Positions 18,131 through 28,533 of a DNA stretch of 64,000 nt are shown here, piece after piece (within the stretch, counting starts at the first letter, position 1; the number at the start of each line of letters is the position of its first letter). The translations under genes were made by a program, and so were the position numbers. This stretch comes from Candidatus Altiarchaeota archaeon. Its GTDB lineage: Archaea > Altiarchaeota > Altiarchaeia > IMC4 > SCGC-AAA252-I15. The stretch spans positions 1 through 64,000 of the forward strand of contig JAZDNF010000006.1 in assembly GCA_043800255.1 (NCBI GenBank). Direction: 5' to 3'. The notes beneath the pieces are model-generated. The model worked only from the letters and a program-made list of their open reading frames with translations, had not been told where the DNA came from and did no database searches.

Positions 18131-18172
18131 TACCCAATAATGAGTAGTTACAAAAAATCGAGTATTTTTAAA
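18131..18172 (+). promoter_or_regulatory. rib operon promoter: two tandem 16-bp TAC…GAGTA sites plus TATA box
   Basis: TACCCAATAATGAGTA (18131-18146), TACAAAAAATCGAGTA (18149-18164), TTTTAAA (18166-18172) about 29 nt before the ribB ATG. Confidence 0.5.
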
Positions 18173-18200
18173 CCATCAGGCGCACATATATTACCCTATC

Positions 18201-19327
<1,127 letters not shown>

Positions 19328-19342
19328 ATGAGGTGATATGAT

Positions 19343-19756
19343 ATGGAAAAAATAAACATGGGGATTGTTGCGGCAGAGTTCAACTATGACATAACCTATG
19401 CGATGGTCGAACTCGCCAAAGAGCACGCCGCATTCTTGGGGGCGAACGTCGTGGACATAAAGAAAGTTCCCGGAGTGTTTGACATGCCGTTGGTCGTCAA
19501 GCAGATGCTCAAGAGGAAGAACATAGACTGCGTCGTAACCCTCGGAGCAGTCATAGAAGGGCAGACGGAGCACGACGAGATTGTCATGCAACACGCTTCG
19601 AGGAAGATAGCAGACCTGGCTTTGGAGTATGAGAAGCCGACCGCGTTGGGCATTGCAGGACCCGGTATGTCAAGGCTTGAAGCCCACAAGAGGGTCGAGT
19701 ACGCGAAACGCGCCGTAGAAGCAGCAATCAAGACATGCAAAGTGCTGAGAGCATAG
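19343..19756 (+). CDS. ribH: 6,7-dimethyl-8-ribityllumazine synthase
   Basis: IVAAEFNYDIT, VPGVFDMP, LGAVIEGQTEHD; GAGGTGA RBS. Confidence 0.97.
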   Translation: MEKINMGIVAAEFNYDITYAMVELAKEHAAFLGANVVDIKKVPGVFDMPLVVKQMLKRKNIDCVVTLGAVIEGQTEHDEIVMQHASRKIADLALEYEKPTALGIAGPGMSRLEAHKRVEYAKRAVEAAIKTCKVLRA

Positions 19757-19798
19757 TATTCTACCGCCAGCTTCCGTAATATTAACGTGGAAGCCCAG

Positions 19799-20374
19799 AT
19801 GGGGAAGGACGCCTTCAGAAGGCGGTGGGACGACTACCTGAAGAACGAAGTCCCGAAGCTCATGGAGGAGGGCGTAAGAGACGGTAAACTTGACAAGGTC
19901 ACGTATCCCTCCATCGTTCTCGACGCGAGCGCACTCCAGATAGAGAGTCTGAACCTCCCTTCCGAGGAGGAAACGGCCGTAAAAGCGATAAACGCCAGGG
20001 AAGTCCAGTACGCCTCGCTGATAAAAAAGCTCGGCAGAGGCGAAAAACTTACCGAAAAAGATTCCACGAGATTCTACGACACATTCCGTGCAGATGTTTC
20101 CGAGATGAGACAAGACCTGAAACTCTCGGACATAAACCTCAGGAGAGATGAGGACACGAAATTAAACCAGTTTCTCAAAACAGACCTCACGAAAATCCAC
20201 GAACAGGGTACTCTGACAGGAGAGACCATCATGTCAGCGTTGAAATTCAACAGACTCCACCTCAGAGCCAGACTGGGCGATGAGAAGTTCAGGGAATATC
20301 TTGAGCTTGACAGGATAGCGAGAGACAGCCTCAGAAAAGAGAGCATGAAAAAAGCGCCGCCAGAGCTGAACTGA
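19799..20374 (+). CDS. Hypothetical helical protein inserted in the rib cluster
   Basis: ~190-aa charged ORF (ATG 19799 or GTG 19787); no motif. Confidence 0.6.
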   Translation: MGKDAFRRRWDDYLKNEVPKLMEEGVRDGKLDKVTYPSIVLDASALQIESLNLPSEEETAVKAINAREVQYASLIKKLGRGEKLTEKDSTRFYDTFRADVSEMRQDLKLSDINLRRDEDTKLNQFLKTDLTKIHEQGTLTGETIMSALKFNRLHLRARLGDEKFREYLELDRIARDSLRKESMKKAPPELN

Positions 20375-20418
20375 ACCGTTTAAATACAGCTAATAGAATA
20401 TGTAACCGGTGGGTCAGG

Positions 20419-21048
20419 TTGGAACCGTACGTCATACTGAATTCTGCGATAAGCTTGGACGGCAAGATAGGCGGCAAAGCCAAGCAGATGGTCTTCTCCA
20501 ACAGGCTTGACACGTATAGGGTGAAGCAGCTGAGGGGGTCTGTTGACGCTGTCATGGTCGGCATAGAGACCATAAAGGCCGACAATCCTGAAATCTTGGT
20601 TAAAACCTCCGAGGGGAAGGAGCCTGTCAAGGTTATCATAGACCCGAAAGCAGAAATCCCGTTGGACGCGAACATACTCAAGGAGGACGCGCCCATAATA
20701 GTGGTGACTTCGAAGTCTGCAATTGGAAATAGGGTCGAGAGGATAAAAAACGCCGGCAAAAATGTTGAAGTAATGCAGATCGGCAGGGACGCAGTAAACC
20801 TCCGCGAGATGCTCTGGAGGCTCTATGAGATGCGCATCAGGAAAGTCCTGCTGGAAGGAGGCAGGAGCCTCGCGAGGAAGATGCTCAACGAAGGCTTCGT
20901 CAACGAGATGTTCCTCACAGTCGCCCCCAGGCTGATAGGAGACGGCATCGGATTCTTTCAGGGGGATGTTGACAAGGACATCGACCTCAAGCTTGAGGGA
21001 ATCCTGCAGTACGGAGACCTCGTAGTATTACATTATACCGTAAAATAA
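20419..21048 (+). CDS. arfC: 2,5-diamino-6-ribosylamino-4(3H)-pyrimidinone 5'-phosphate reductase (RibD C-terminal domain/ArfC)
   Basis: SAISLDGKI, LRGSVDAVMVG, DNP, VLLEGG; rib context. Confidence 0.85.
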   Translation: MEPYVILNSAISLDGKIGGKAKQMVFSNRLDTYRVKQLRGSVDAVMVGIETIKADNPEILVKTSEGKEPVKVIIDPKAEIPLDANILKEDAPIIVVTSKSAIGNRVERIKNAGKNVEVMQIGRDAVNLREMLWRLYEMRIRKVLLEGGRSLARKMLNEGFVNEMFLTVAPRLIGDGIGFFQGDVDKDIDLKLEGILQYGDLVVLHYTVK

Positions 21049-21050
21049 GC

Positions 21051-22301
21051 CTACTTCTCTCCAGGGTACATCTCCAGAAGCTCTAATGCGTAATCTCCCA
21101 GTTCCGAGCGCACCTGCCCGCCCGGGTTGTCTTTTCTCACTATATGCCTGAGACATCTTCTGGCTGACTCTTTGCTATTCTTGTCGTAGAATTCCTCGTC
21201 ATCAGCCGGCTTGTTCGCCAGATGATAGGGAGTCCTGCCTGCGAGACGGTCTTCGAACTTTCTGATCACTTTTTCTGTGATGATGTCAGGCCGCCGGTCT
21301 ACTATGCCGTTGAACAGCGTCACCATGTCAGATCGGGTAGAGGCTGACAGCAGGTCGCTTACTATGGCGCCCGCAAGATTCTCCATGAAATCCTCAGTAA
21401 GCAACTGGGGACGTGTAGCCGCGACCCCAGTGATATTCTTCAGCATGTGAGTGTACATCCAGCTGTACTGTTCGTTGGTTATGCTCCTGTCAAAGTCTGT
21501 CTTCCGGAAAAACTCGACCGAGTTTCCAGCTGCCCTGGCGACATAGTGTATTTTTTTGGCGAAAGCTCCCATTGGATGCTTCTCCTTTGTGACAATGTCC
21601 CAGAGGTTCTCATCCCTTTTAGAGATTGTAGCACTGGGCAGTATCTCAACCCCATTTTTGTCAAGCGCCTTGTAGACTTCACGGTTCACGTGCTTTAGTT
21701 TGGGGTCGGCGTCGTTCCCTTCCGGAGAGTCCAACAGTTTCCGATACTCTGCCCCAAGAGTCAGCCTCTTCACCATAGTGCCGAACTCGTCAGACGCCAG
21801 GCCCAGTCCCCTGGTGAAGCCGCCTAACGCTTTGACCGCCCGTTCCTTGGGGGTATCATCCGTCTGTATCACGCTTGCCAGCGCCTTCCCAGCGTACTTG
21901 TAAGTGTCATGGTCGGTTTCGATTATGTTATCGTCTCTTATCATCTCAGAGAGGTCTTTTATCGCCAGGTCAGCCCACTTTGACCTCTGAGCAGGCGTCT
22001 TGAAAACTATCCGGCTCAATGCAAAACCAACATAGGATTTCGCCTCCTTGCCTGCGTTGTACTTCCGAAGGGTGTCAACCAGCAGCTTGTATGCCGGCTG
22101 CGCAATCTCATCCGGCCCGTCTATAACGTATTTATCGAGCTTCTTGCAGGCAGAATCCATCTTCTGAGTGTCATCGCCTTCCAGGATGCCCTTAGCCTCA
22201 GCGATAGTTGATAAAGCCTCCATCAGAAAAGGCTCCCTCAACAGGGGGAGCTTGTCAGAGCCGCCACCCTCCAAGTTCAGCTTGACGATTTTAGTGGTCA
22301 T
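21051..22301 (-). CDS. Orphan HEAT/ARM-like helical repeat protein with N-terminal tag
   Basis: N-terminus MTTKIVKLNLEGGGSDKLP shared with 22298-22957; amphipathic A/L-rich helix pairs resembling 23000-23692 and 26663-28414. Confidence 0.7.
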   Translation of the reverse strand: MTTKIVKLNLEGGGSDKLPLLREPFLMEALSTIAEAKGILEGDDTQKMDSACKKLDKYVIDGPDEIAQPAYKLLVDTLRKYNAGKEAKSYVGFALSRIVFKTPAQRSKWADLAIKDLSEMIRDDNIIETDHDTYKYAGKALASVIQTDDTPKERAVKALGGFTRGLGLASDEFGTMVKRLTLGAEYRKLLDSPEGNDADPKLKHVNREVYKALDKNGVEILPSATISKRDENLWDIVTKEKHPMGAFAKKIHYVARAAGNSVEFFRKTDFDRSITNEQYSWMYTHMLKNITGVAATRPQLLTEDFMENLAGAIVSDLLSASTRSDMVTLFNGIVDRRPDIITEKVIRKFEDRLAGRTPYHLANKPADDEEFYDKNSKESARRCLRHIVRKDNPGGQVRSELGDYALELLEMYPGEK

Positions 22302-22957
22302 TTTGGTCTGGGCCAGATTTTATTCTTGCGATGAAATATCCTAACATCCTCACTTAGGTTAGGCGCCAATTGGAACCTTTTCCCGCCAAGATGTATCTCG
22401 CCTGAGTGAGCATTAGATCCCACATTCATTCCAGCGTCACCATCCACCATCACGGTTGCGCCGTCCAGCTCGCTGCCTAGGCCGTTTTCTGCGCTGCCGT
22501 GTATCGTCACCTTCCCGGACTTCGCACCAAACGCGGCGTAATTCCCGACATCCCCCAGTATCGTAACCTCCTTCTGATTGTCCAAGCAGCTGCAAAGGTA
22601 GTTCAGTTTTGGCAGGCGGGCCACATCCAACACAATATTATTGTCCGGACAGTTGTTGATAAGGGCGCTCAGGAACATTCCAGCCTGAAACTGGAAGTAG
22701 ACTTCAGTATCAGAGTACGAAGGCAATATCACATCGATAAACCTTTGCATTGCATTAGCGTCGACAGAGACGCCAGAGGCGGCTTCTGAAGCATATAGGT
22801 AGTTGAAGTGCCCTGAAACCTGAGAGGTAAAACAGGATTGATGGTATTTCTCGTCCAACATCCCGAGAAGCCTCTCATCCACCCGGTTATCTCTCAACTT
22901 CGGCAGCCTGTCAGAGCCGCCACCCTCCAAGTTCAATTTCACAATCTTAGTGGTCAT
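22298..22957 (-). CDS. GXGXG (FwdC/GltB C-terminal-like) beta-helix protein with N-terminal tag
   Basis: GMFLSALINN then VTILGDVGNYAAFGAKSGKVTIHGSAENGLG…GDAGMNVG repeats; ATGA overlap with the downstream gene. Confidence 0.75.
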   Translation of the reverse strand: MTTKIVKLNLEGGGSDRLPKLRDNRVDERLLGMLDEKYHQSCFTSQVSGHFNYLYASEAASGVSVDANAMQRFIDVILPSYSDTEVYFQFQAGMFLSALINNCPDNNIVLDVARLPKLNYLCSCLDNQKEVTILGDVGNYAAFGAKSGKVTIHGSAENGLGSELDGATVMVDGDAGMNVGSNAHSGEIHLGGKRFQLAPNLSEDVRIFHRKNKIWPRPK

Positions 22958-22999
22958 TTGAGTTCTTGGGGTAGATGGTGATTTTGAAATTCCAGCTCT

Positions 23000-23692
23000 T
23001 CACATTATATCGTCGAATAGTTTTTTCGCATTGTTGATGTAGTTGAGATCGTGTTTTATTATATCAGACACTGTCTCCCTGCGCTTTTCATCTGTTATGG
23101 TTTCCGCTTTCTTCAGCCCGTTTTTGAGAATCCGCATCGCCTTCTCGCCTCTCCCAGAGGGTATGGAACGCCCCAGAGGCGGTTTGGACTCGTCGACCAG
23201 TGAGTTGGCGAGCGCTGCCCCCGCCCACTTGTTAGTCTCGTATGTGAAGGCTTCGCCTGTGAGAGCATCCTCGAGGACGTCAAAAACGGATTTAACAATG
23301 TCCTCCCTGTCGCCGGGCGCCAAGACTATGACCTTCCTAAGCCCCTGGGATGCAGCCTGCTTGGCGTCGCTGTCAGTTTCACTGTCGGTTAGAGCCTCGG
23401 TCAGAAGAGCCATACCAGCATTAGCCCTCTTCCAGTCCGGGTCTTTGATTACAACATCTGCGACAGCGTCGGCAGCCTTCAGCTTGTCAGACAGCGTTGC
23501 CTTTGGATTGAATAGGAGTTCCCCTTTTGTGCCAGCCAGTTCAGGCTCCTTTAGGGGAGGCATCTCCGCGGCATCCTTCTGGGGTTTCTTCTCCTGAGGA
23601 GGCATACTGTAGGGTTGCTTCTTCGCCTCCTTCGTCTCCCCCGTGCGGAGGTCAACGGTAAACCTTCTCGGAAGCTGTTTTTCTCTAACCAT
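23000..23692 (-). CDS. Orphan HEAT-like protein
   Basis: ATG 23692 overlaps the upstream stop; disordered basic N-terminus; AKQAASQGLRKVIVLAP…VFDVLEDAL helix pair. Confidence 0.7.
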   Translation of the reverse strand: MVREKQLPRRFTVDLRTGETKEAKKQPYSMPPQEKKPQKDAAEMPPLKEPELAGTKGELLFNPKATLSDKLKAADAVADVVIKDPDWKRANAGMALLTEALTDSETDSDAKQAASQGLRKVIVLAPGDREDIVKSVFDVLEDALTGEAFTYETNKWAGAALANSLVDESKPPLGRSIPSGRGEKAMRILKNGLKKAETITDEKRRETVSDIIKHDLNYINNAKKLFDDIM

Positions 23693-24257
23693 TTGTCGGT
23701 TTTTTGAGGTAGGTTTCTTTGGGGCCTGCCGCCTGTTTTCCGTTAACGTATACTCCAACCTTTGAAGTTGCTCCCTCCTTTGACAGGACGTCGCCCTTCT
23801 CAGCCTCTATCCTATCCTCTGCGGAAACCCTGCCAGACCATGATATGACGCTCATCCTGGCTGACACCTTGTTGGCTGAGATGTCGCCTTCAGCCTGGAT
23901 CTCGCCCCTGGAGGAGGTGATATTCCCTTTCGCCTTTATGCCAGCCCCCCTTGAATGGATGTCGCCTTCGACGTTTATGCTGCCGTCGGCTGTTATCTCA
24001 CCAGCAGCTATGACAGAGTAAGCCTTGAAGTTCTCATGGGGGATGTGAAGTTTACCGTCCGATATAACCGTCTTGGCAGACGCTGATGAGTCCAGGTACA
24101 GGTTCTCGCCCGGCTCTCCTCTGACGACACTATTGTTTCCGCGCACCACAGTATAGGCTTCGCCGCCCACGTCTATGGTCTCCTTCCCGTCAACAACCTT
24201 GATCTCCTCAACATATTCCGTATCTTCCCGCCTTTTGGTTCTTTCAATGCTGCTCAT
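23685..24257 (-). CDS. Bactofilin/FapA(DUF342)-like beta-helix protein
   Basis: Six-residue IxAxGxI repeats; paralogous to 41698-42384. Confidence 0.7.
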   Translation of the reverse strand: MSSIERTKRREDTEYVEEIKVVDGKETIDVGGEAYTVVRGNNSVVRGEPGENLYLDSSASAKTVISDGKLHIPHENFKAYSVIAAGEITADGSINVEGDIHSRGAGIKAKGNITSSRGEIQAEGDISANKVSARMSVISWSGRVSAEDRIEAEKGDVLSKEGATSKVGVYVNGKQAAGPKETYLKKPTNG

Positions 24258-24337
24258 GTTGATCACATTCTGATATGAATTCGTTTAGCATCCTTAAAGC
24301 CTCAGGCTTCATGCAGTCATCCCTGAAACCATAGTTT

Positions 24338-26653
24338 TTAATGGAGGATTGATTTGATGTCATCGTCTGATAGCATTTCCACACCGGTTATTCCAAGGCG
24401 CTCCGCCAGAGTTTTTAGGATGTCCCTTGCACCGTAGCTTTTGATTGCCGACTCATCAATGCCGCCGCCCATCTGGTTCACGACATCCTTTAGGATTCCG
24501 CGTATTGTTAAGCTGTTCTTGTTCAGGTCCTCCACCGGAACATTGCCTATGCCCCCGTGTTTTTTCGACAGGCTCCTGGCAGCTTCAAGCCTTACCGGCC
24601 TCCGGATGTCATCAACCAGCCTCAACGCCTCAGGCTCCCTGCTCAGTCTCTCGCATATCTGCTTTTCTATGACAGCATCAACTCCTTTCGTCCCCAGCCC
24701 GAATTTCTGATGCTCATCAGCCACCTTCTTTCTTAGAGACCTCTGGGACATGGTTGGGTCCGCATCAAGGGCGTCAAAGTATAGCATTGCGATCTGCTTG
24801 TTCCTCTCCCAGTCAGGCTGCCTGTAAAGAGTGTCAAACAGCTTCCCCCTTGTTTCTGCCGGTTGACTGGCGAGAATCTCCCTGAACTCTTTAGGACTTA
24901 CTGGCTGAATTTCACCCCACTCCACCAGATAGCCGTTAACCTTCTCAGCAACCAGCGGCTGCTCGCTTAAACGTTTGTATGCCCCTGAGATTGCGTCCAC
25001 AATGGTCTGTTTGCCCCGCTTGAACTCATCAGCCAACTGTTTGAGTTCAACCCCGCCAGTTAGGTGCCGTCTCATGGTCTCACGATCCCTTTCAGAGCCT
25101 ATGTCAGATTTTTCAGAAGTTAGCGGGTTATTTCTAGGCACCTTGGATATGAACCACCCTAGGTCTGCCTGCGGGACATGCGAGAGCACTTCCCTGACAG
25201 TTTCTGCAGACACCTTGGGGATAGACTTCAGCCTCCCTGATTCTGCAAGCAGCTCTGAGACAGCATGCGGCCTTTTGCGGAGACGCTCTATGGAGTTCGT
25301 AACCGCCTTCTCGGACACGTGGGAGTCGTACTCTTTCATCCTGTTGATGTCCGGGCAGGAGTACGCTTCCCTGAAATGCAGCCTCATTATCTCGATGTCC
25401 CTGTCCCTGTTCCCGGTCTTCGGCAGACCGGACATTATCTCGTTGAACTTCTCATCGCTTGTGCTCCTCAGAACCCATCTCACCGCTTCATTAGTGATTT
25501 CAGGGTTCTCTATGCGCTGTCTGAACCCGTTTAGCTCCCTGATAACATGCAGGTTCCCTCTAAGCCCTTCTATAACAGCTGCAGACAATGTGATGGGTCT
25601 ATTCTTTCCCACGCCGAACCGCTCAGAAAGCTCTGCTACTGTGCTGTCGTCTTCCTGATCGAAGTAAGCGCTCAACAGCTCCCGCTCCTTCGGATCAGAG
25701 GGGTATGCGGTTGACTGGCTTAGTATGCGCTCCCTATCGGTTGAGGATATCAGACGCAGAATTTTTCGGGTATCCTCGACAGAAGGCATTTGCAATTTAA
25801 TTCTGGCTCCCGGGCCAGGTATGGAGTTTTCAATGTGCTCTCTCAGATCGGAGTTTTTCAGGACATTCTTGATCGCCTTTGTCTCGCGGCCGTCAAGAGT
25901 TCCTTGCGCCAATCCCAATTTGGAGGCTGCCTGCGCTCTTGTGATGGACCTCGCACCAAAGCGCAGTCTCAGTATATCAGAATCAGATTTAGGGACTCCT
26001 CTCCGAAAGCAGTCAGCCAGAAAGTTATCAAATTTGTCACCTGGCATCTGCTCCAGCAAAGACCTGTAATAGTCCACTTCCTCCCCGGAGGGCATCAGAC
26101 CGAGTTTCTCGAACGCCCTTGACTCTACCCTGACAATCTCTTTAATGCTGGTGTCCGTCAGCTCCCTGATCCTTTTGTCGCCGTGGCCTTCCTTGAAACG
26201 CAGTGACAGTATGTTCCTCTCCTCGTCGGTCAGAGCCTTGGAGCCGATAAGCGTGGCCTTCTCAGCAGGATCCATCGACTTCAACATCTTATGTACTTCC
26301 CTGTATGAGATTTTCCTTTTGTGATAGGGAATGACGTCAGGTTTCTTCGGGGGGCTTATGGACAATCCGACAACGCCCTCAGAGGTTATCGCGTACGCGT
26401 CTGACTGTCCCAACTCAGAGGACAGGAACTTTTTCTTTCTCTGCGGGGGAACGTCTGCGCGTTTGACCTCAGAGACTTCCAGGCGCCTGCCCTTCCCGCT
26501 GAGGTCGCCCAGCTTTTTGACGCTTATCTCCTTAAGCTCGTCTCCGTCGCGCAGGTAGACTTTCGCGTTCTCAGAATGAAGCTTTCTCAATAGCTGTTCC
26601 TTCAGCACCGGAATCTGGTCGTCGCTTATGTCTGCAACCTTTATTTTCGCCAT
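24338..26653 (-). CDS. Protein with six tandem sigma70-region-4-like HTH repeats
   Basis: Repeats such as LTDEERNILSLRF…TSIKEIVRVESRAFEKL and SERDRETMRRHL…LKQLADEFKRGKQTIVDAISGAYKRL. Confidence 0.7.
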   Translation of the reverse strand: MAKIKVADISDDQIPVLKEQLLRKLHSENAKVYLRDGDELKEISVKKLGDLSGKGRRLEVSEVKRADVPPQRKKKFLSSELGQSDAYAITSEGVVGLSISPPKKPDVIPYHKRKISYREVHKMLKSMDPAEKATLIGSKALTDEERNILSLRFKEGHGDKRIRELTDTSIKEIVRVESRAFEKLGLMPSGEEVDYYRSLLEQMPGDKFDNFLADCFRRGVPKSDSDILRLRFGARSITRAQAASKLGLAQGTLDGRETKAIKNVLKNSDLREHIENSIPGPGARIKLQMPSVEDTRKILRLISSTDRERILSQSTAYPSDPKERELLSAYFDQEDDSTVAELSERFGVGKNRPITLSAAVIEGLRGNLHVIRELNGFRQRIENPEITNEAVRWVLRSTSDEKFNEIMSGLPKTGNRDRDIEIMRLHFREAYSCPDINRMKEYDSHVSEKAVTNSIERLRKRPHAVSELLAESGRLKSIPKVSAETVREVLSHVPQADLGWFISKVPRNNPLTSEKSDIGSERDRETMRRHLTGGVELKQLADEFKRGKQTIVDAISGAYKRLSEQPLVAEKVNGYLVEWGEIQPVSPKEFREILASQPAETRGKLFDTLYRQPDWERNKQIAMLYFDALDADPTMSQRSLRKKVADEHQKFGLGTKGVDAVIEKQICERLSREPEALRLVDDIRRPVRLEAARSLSKKHGGIGNVPVEDLNKNSLTIRGILKDVVNQMGGGIDESAIKSYGARDILKTLAERLGITGVEMLSDDDIKSILH

Positions 26654-26662
26654 GATTTAGAG

Positions 26663-28414
26663 TCACAATTCTGCAATGAACTTGCTGGCCCTCCCGCTTT
26701 TCTCCAGGCTGTCGAATACCGACTCTAGGTGACCCCTAACCCTCTGTGAGAGGTCCTTATTATCATGCGCTTTAAGAAGGTCTCGTATCGCGGGCACTGC
26801 AATGCCGCCAGAAGCGAATTTCGCAAGCGTTTCCAAGCCTGATGTGGCAGCCATCTTCTCCCTGTCGGAGGTTCTGCCGCTGTTAAGGTCTTCCGCGAAA
26901 TCTTCGCGCGCCTGCTCCATGCGGGACCTTGCCACAGCCGACGTGTTCATCCCCTTGAAGCCTGCCTCGATTGTCCTGCGGACTTTCTCAGGGAGGCTCT
27001 TATCACGCTGTAATCCGATAACGTCCTTGACAGCTTGTACTCCGACGTCCTGGGAGGAGAATTTGATCACATTCACGAGGCCTGCAAGAAGCCACTGTTT
27101 CAGTTCGATCAGCTGGTCGCCTGTGACCCCCTCCGGTTCGTCTCTTATCGCTGACACCATGTCGTCGTGGGTCTTATCTATCATCCCAGGAGGCTTGTTT
27201 TTCAAGTCATACAGTAGACCATAATGCGCCCAGTATTTTGTCCCGTAGTCTCTGCCGTTTCTCAGGGCATCAGACAACGCCTGATAGGCCTTATCCTGTA
27301 ATCCCTCAGGCCCATGGGATGCAATAGCTGACAGACTGCCTGCAGCCATGTACTGGCTTGTCAATCCAGGCACGTCAGTGCCGAAGTCCGAGCCTTCGGC
27401 ATTCAGTAGGCCGTCCCTGAAGACGTCCAGAAGATTGGAGGTTACCTTCTCGGGGTATCTCCTTAGTATGCTCTGCAGTCTTTGGTCGACGTGTTTTCCG
27501 GCAAGAACCGGCAGGTTCCCGCTCACGGCTGATTTGGACAGCAACAGAAGCTGGCCGGTTGTGATTGATGATCCGTTGTAGAGTATGGAATCCACCACTT
27601 CAGCAGCAGCATATCTGACGTCCTTGGAGGAATCTCCTGAGAAAGCGTCCAGAAGCCTCTCGCATATGTGTGTTCCGATTTTCTCATGCCCGCTCACCGC
27701 CAGTTGGGCGACATTATCCCTCAGATCGTCTTTGTAGTTTCGTGTTCGTCTATCCCTCCCCTCGAGACTCCTACTCTTCGTCAGCCCGTCAATCAGAGTG
27801 TCGGCTACACCAACGGTTAGGATATTGTGGAATTCAGGCCTCTTGTAAACCGACTTCAAAGCCCTGTGGATTACCCAAGAGTTTGATTTGTCCCTCGCGA
27901 ACTCGTTCGCCAATATCTGAACCTCGTCAGAGGTGACGAGTTCAGGATGCCTCCACATCGAATCCGCAAGATTGGAGGCGCATGCGTCCCGCGCCTCTCC
28001 GTTACCCCACTTTGCGACCGCGTCCGACATCATCCTGCGCGCCCTGACTGACCTGTCTTTTGGAGCGTTTACTAGAATGCGCCTTAGCGCTTCTCCTGAC
28101 TCGTGCTTCGAAAAGTCCGGCGAGTCAGCGCTTCTGAGAACCTCTTCAAGCACTCCGAAGGCTTGGTCAACGGTGTCAGCATGTTCCTTCGGAGCCCTGA
28201 TTATGATCTGCGACAGGCCCTTGGCAGCATTCACTTTGGGCATCTGCTGATAAGGCCTTTGGCTGTATTCTCCCTCCCCGAAGAGGGCGTCCCTGAAGTC
28301 TCTTATGTTCTCGCTTAATGCTGGTTTCAGGGGGATTGCTCGTACCTTGTCCTTCTCCCCGTCAGGCGCTTTTTGCAGGCTGAAACCGTCTTTTTGGATT
28401 TCCTCGATAGACAT
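26663..28414 (-). CDS. Orphan HEAT-repeat protein
   Basis: DSSKDVRYAAAEVV, QYMAAGSLSAIA, KVNAAKGLSQII repeats. Confidence 0.75.
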   Translation of the reverse strand: MSIEEIQKDGFSLQKAPDGEKDKVRAIPLKPALSENIRDFRDALFGEGEYSQRPYQQMPKVNAAKGLSQIIIRAPKEHADTVDQAFGVLEEVLRSADSPDFSKHESGEALRRILVNAPKDRSVRARRMMSDAVAKWGNGEARDACASNLADSMWRHPELVTSDEVQILANEFARDKSNSWVIHRALKSVYKRPEFHNILTVGVADTLIDGLTKSRSLEGRDRRTRNYKDDLRDNVAQLAVSGHEKIGTHICERLLDAFSGDSSKDVRYAAAEVVDSILYNGSSITTGQLLLLSKSAVSGNLPVLAGKHVDQRLQSILRRYPEKVTSNLLDVFRDGLLNAEGSDFGTDVPGLTSQYMAAGSLSAIASHGPEGLQDKAYQALSDALRNGRDYGTKYWAHYGLLYDLKNKPPGMIDKTHDDMVSAIRDEPEGVTGDQLIELKQWLLAGLVNVIKFSSQDVGVQAVKDVIGLQRDKSLPEKVRRTIEAGFKGMNTSAVARSRMEQAREDFAEDLNSGRTSDREKMAATSGLETLAKFASGGIAVPAIRDLLKAHDNKDLSQRVRGHLESVFDSLEKSGRASKFIAEL

Positions 28415-28533
28415 TGTACATGATTTTAAGGAGTTCTGGGATAAATACGCTCACTCCCTGCTTTTCGCCCGCACCAAGTCCAACATAGATTTATTTAAAT
28501 CAAATTCCAATATCCTTCTGAGGTGAGGTCATA

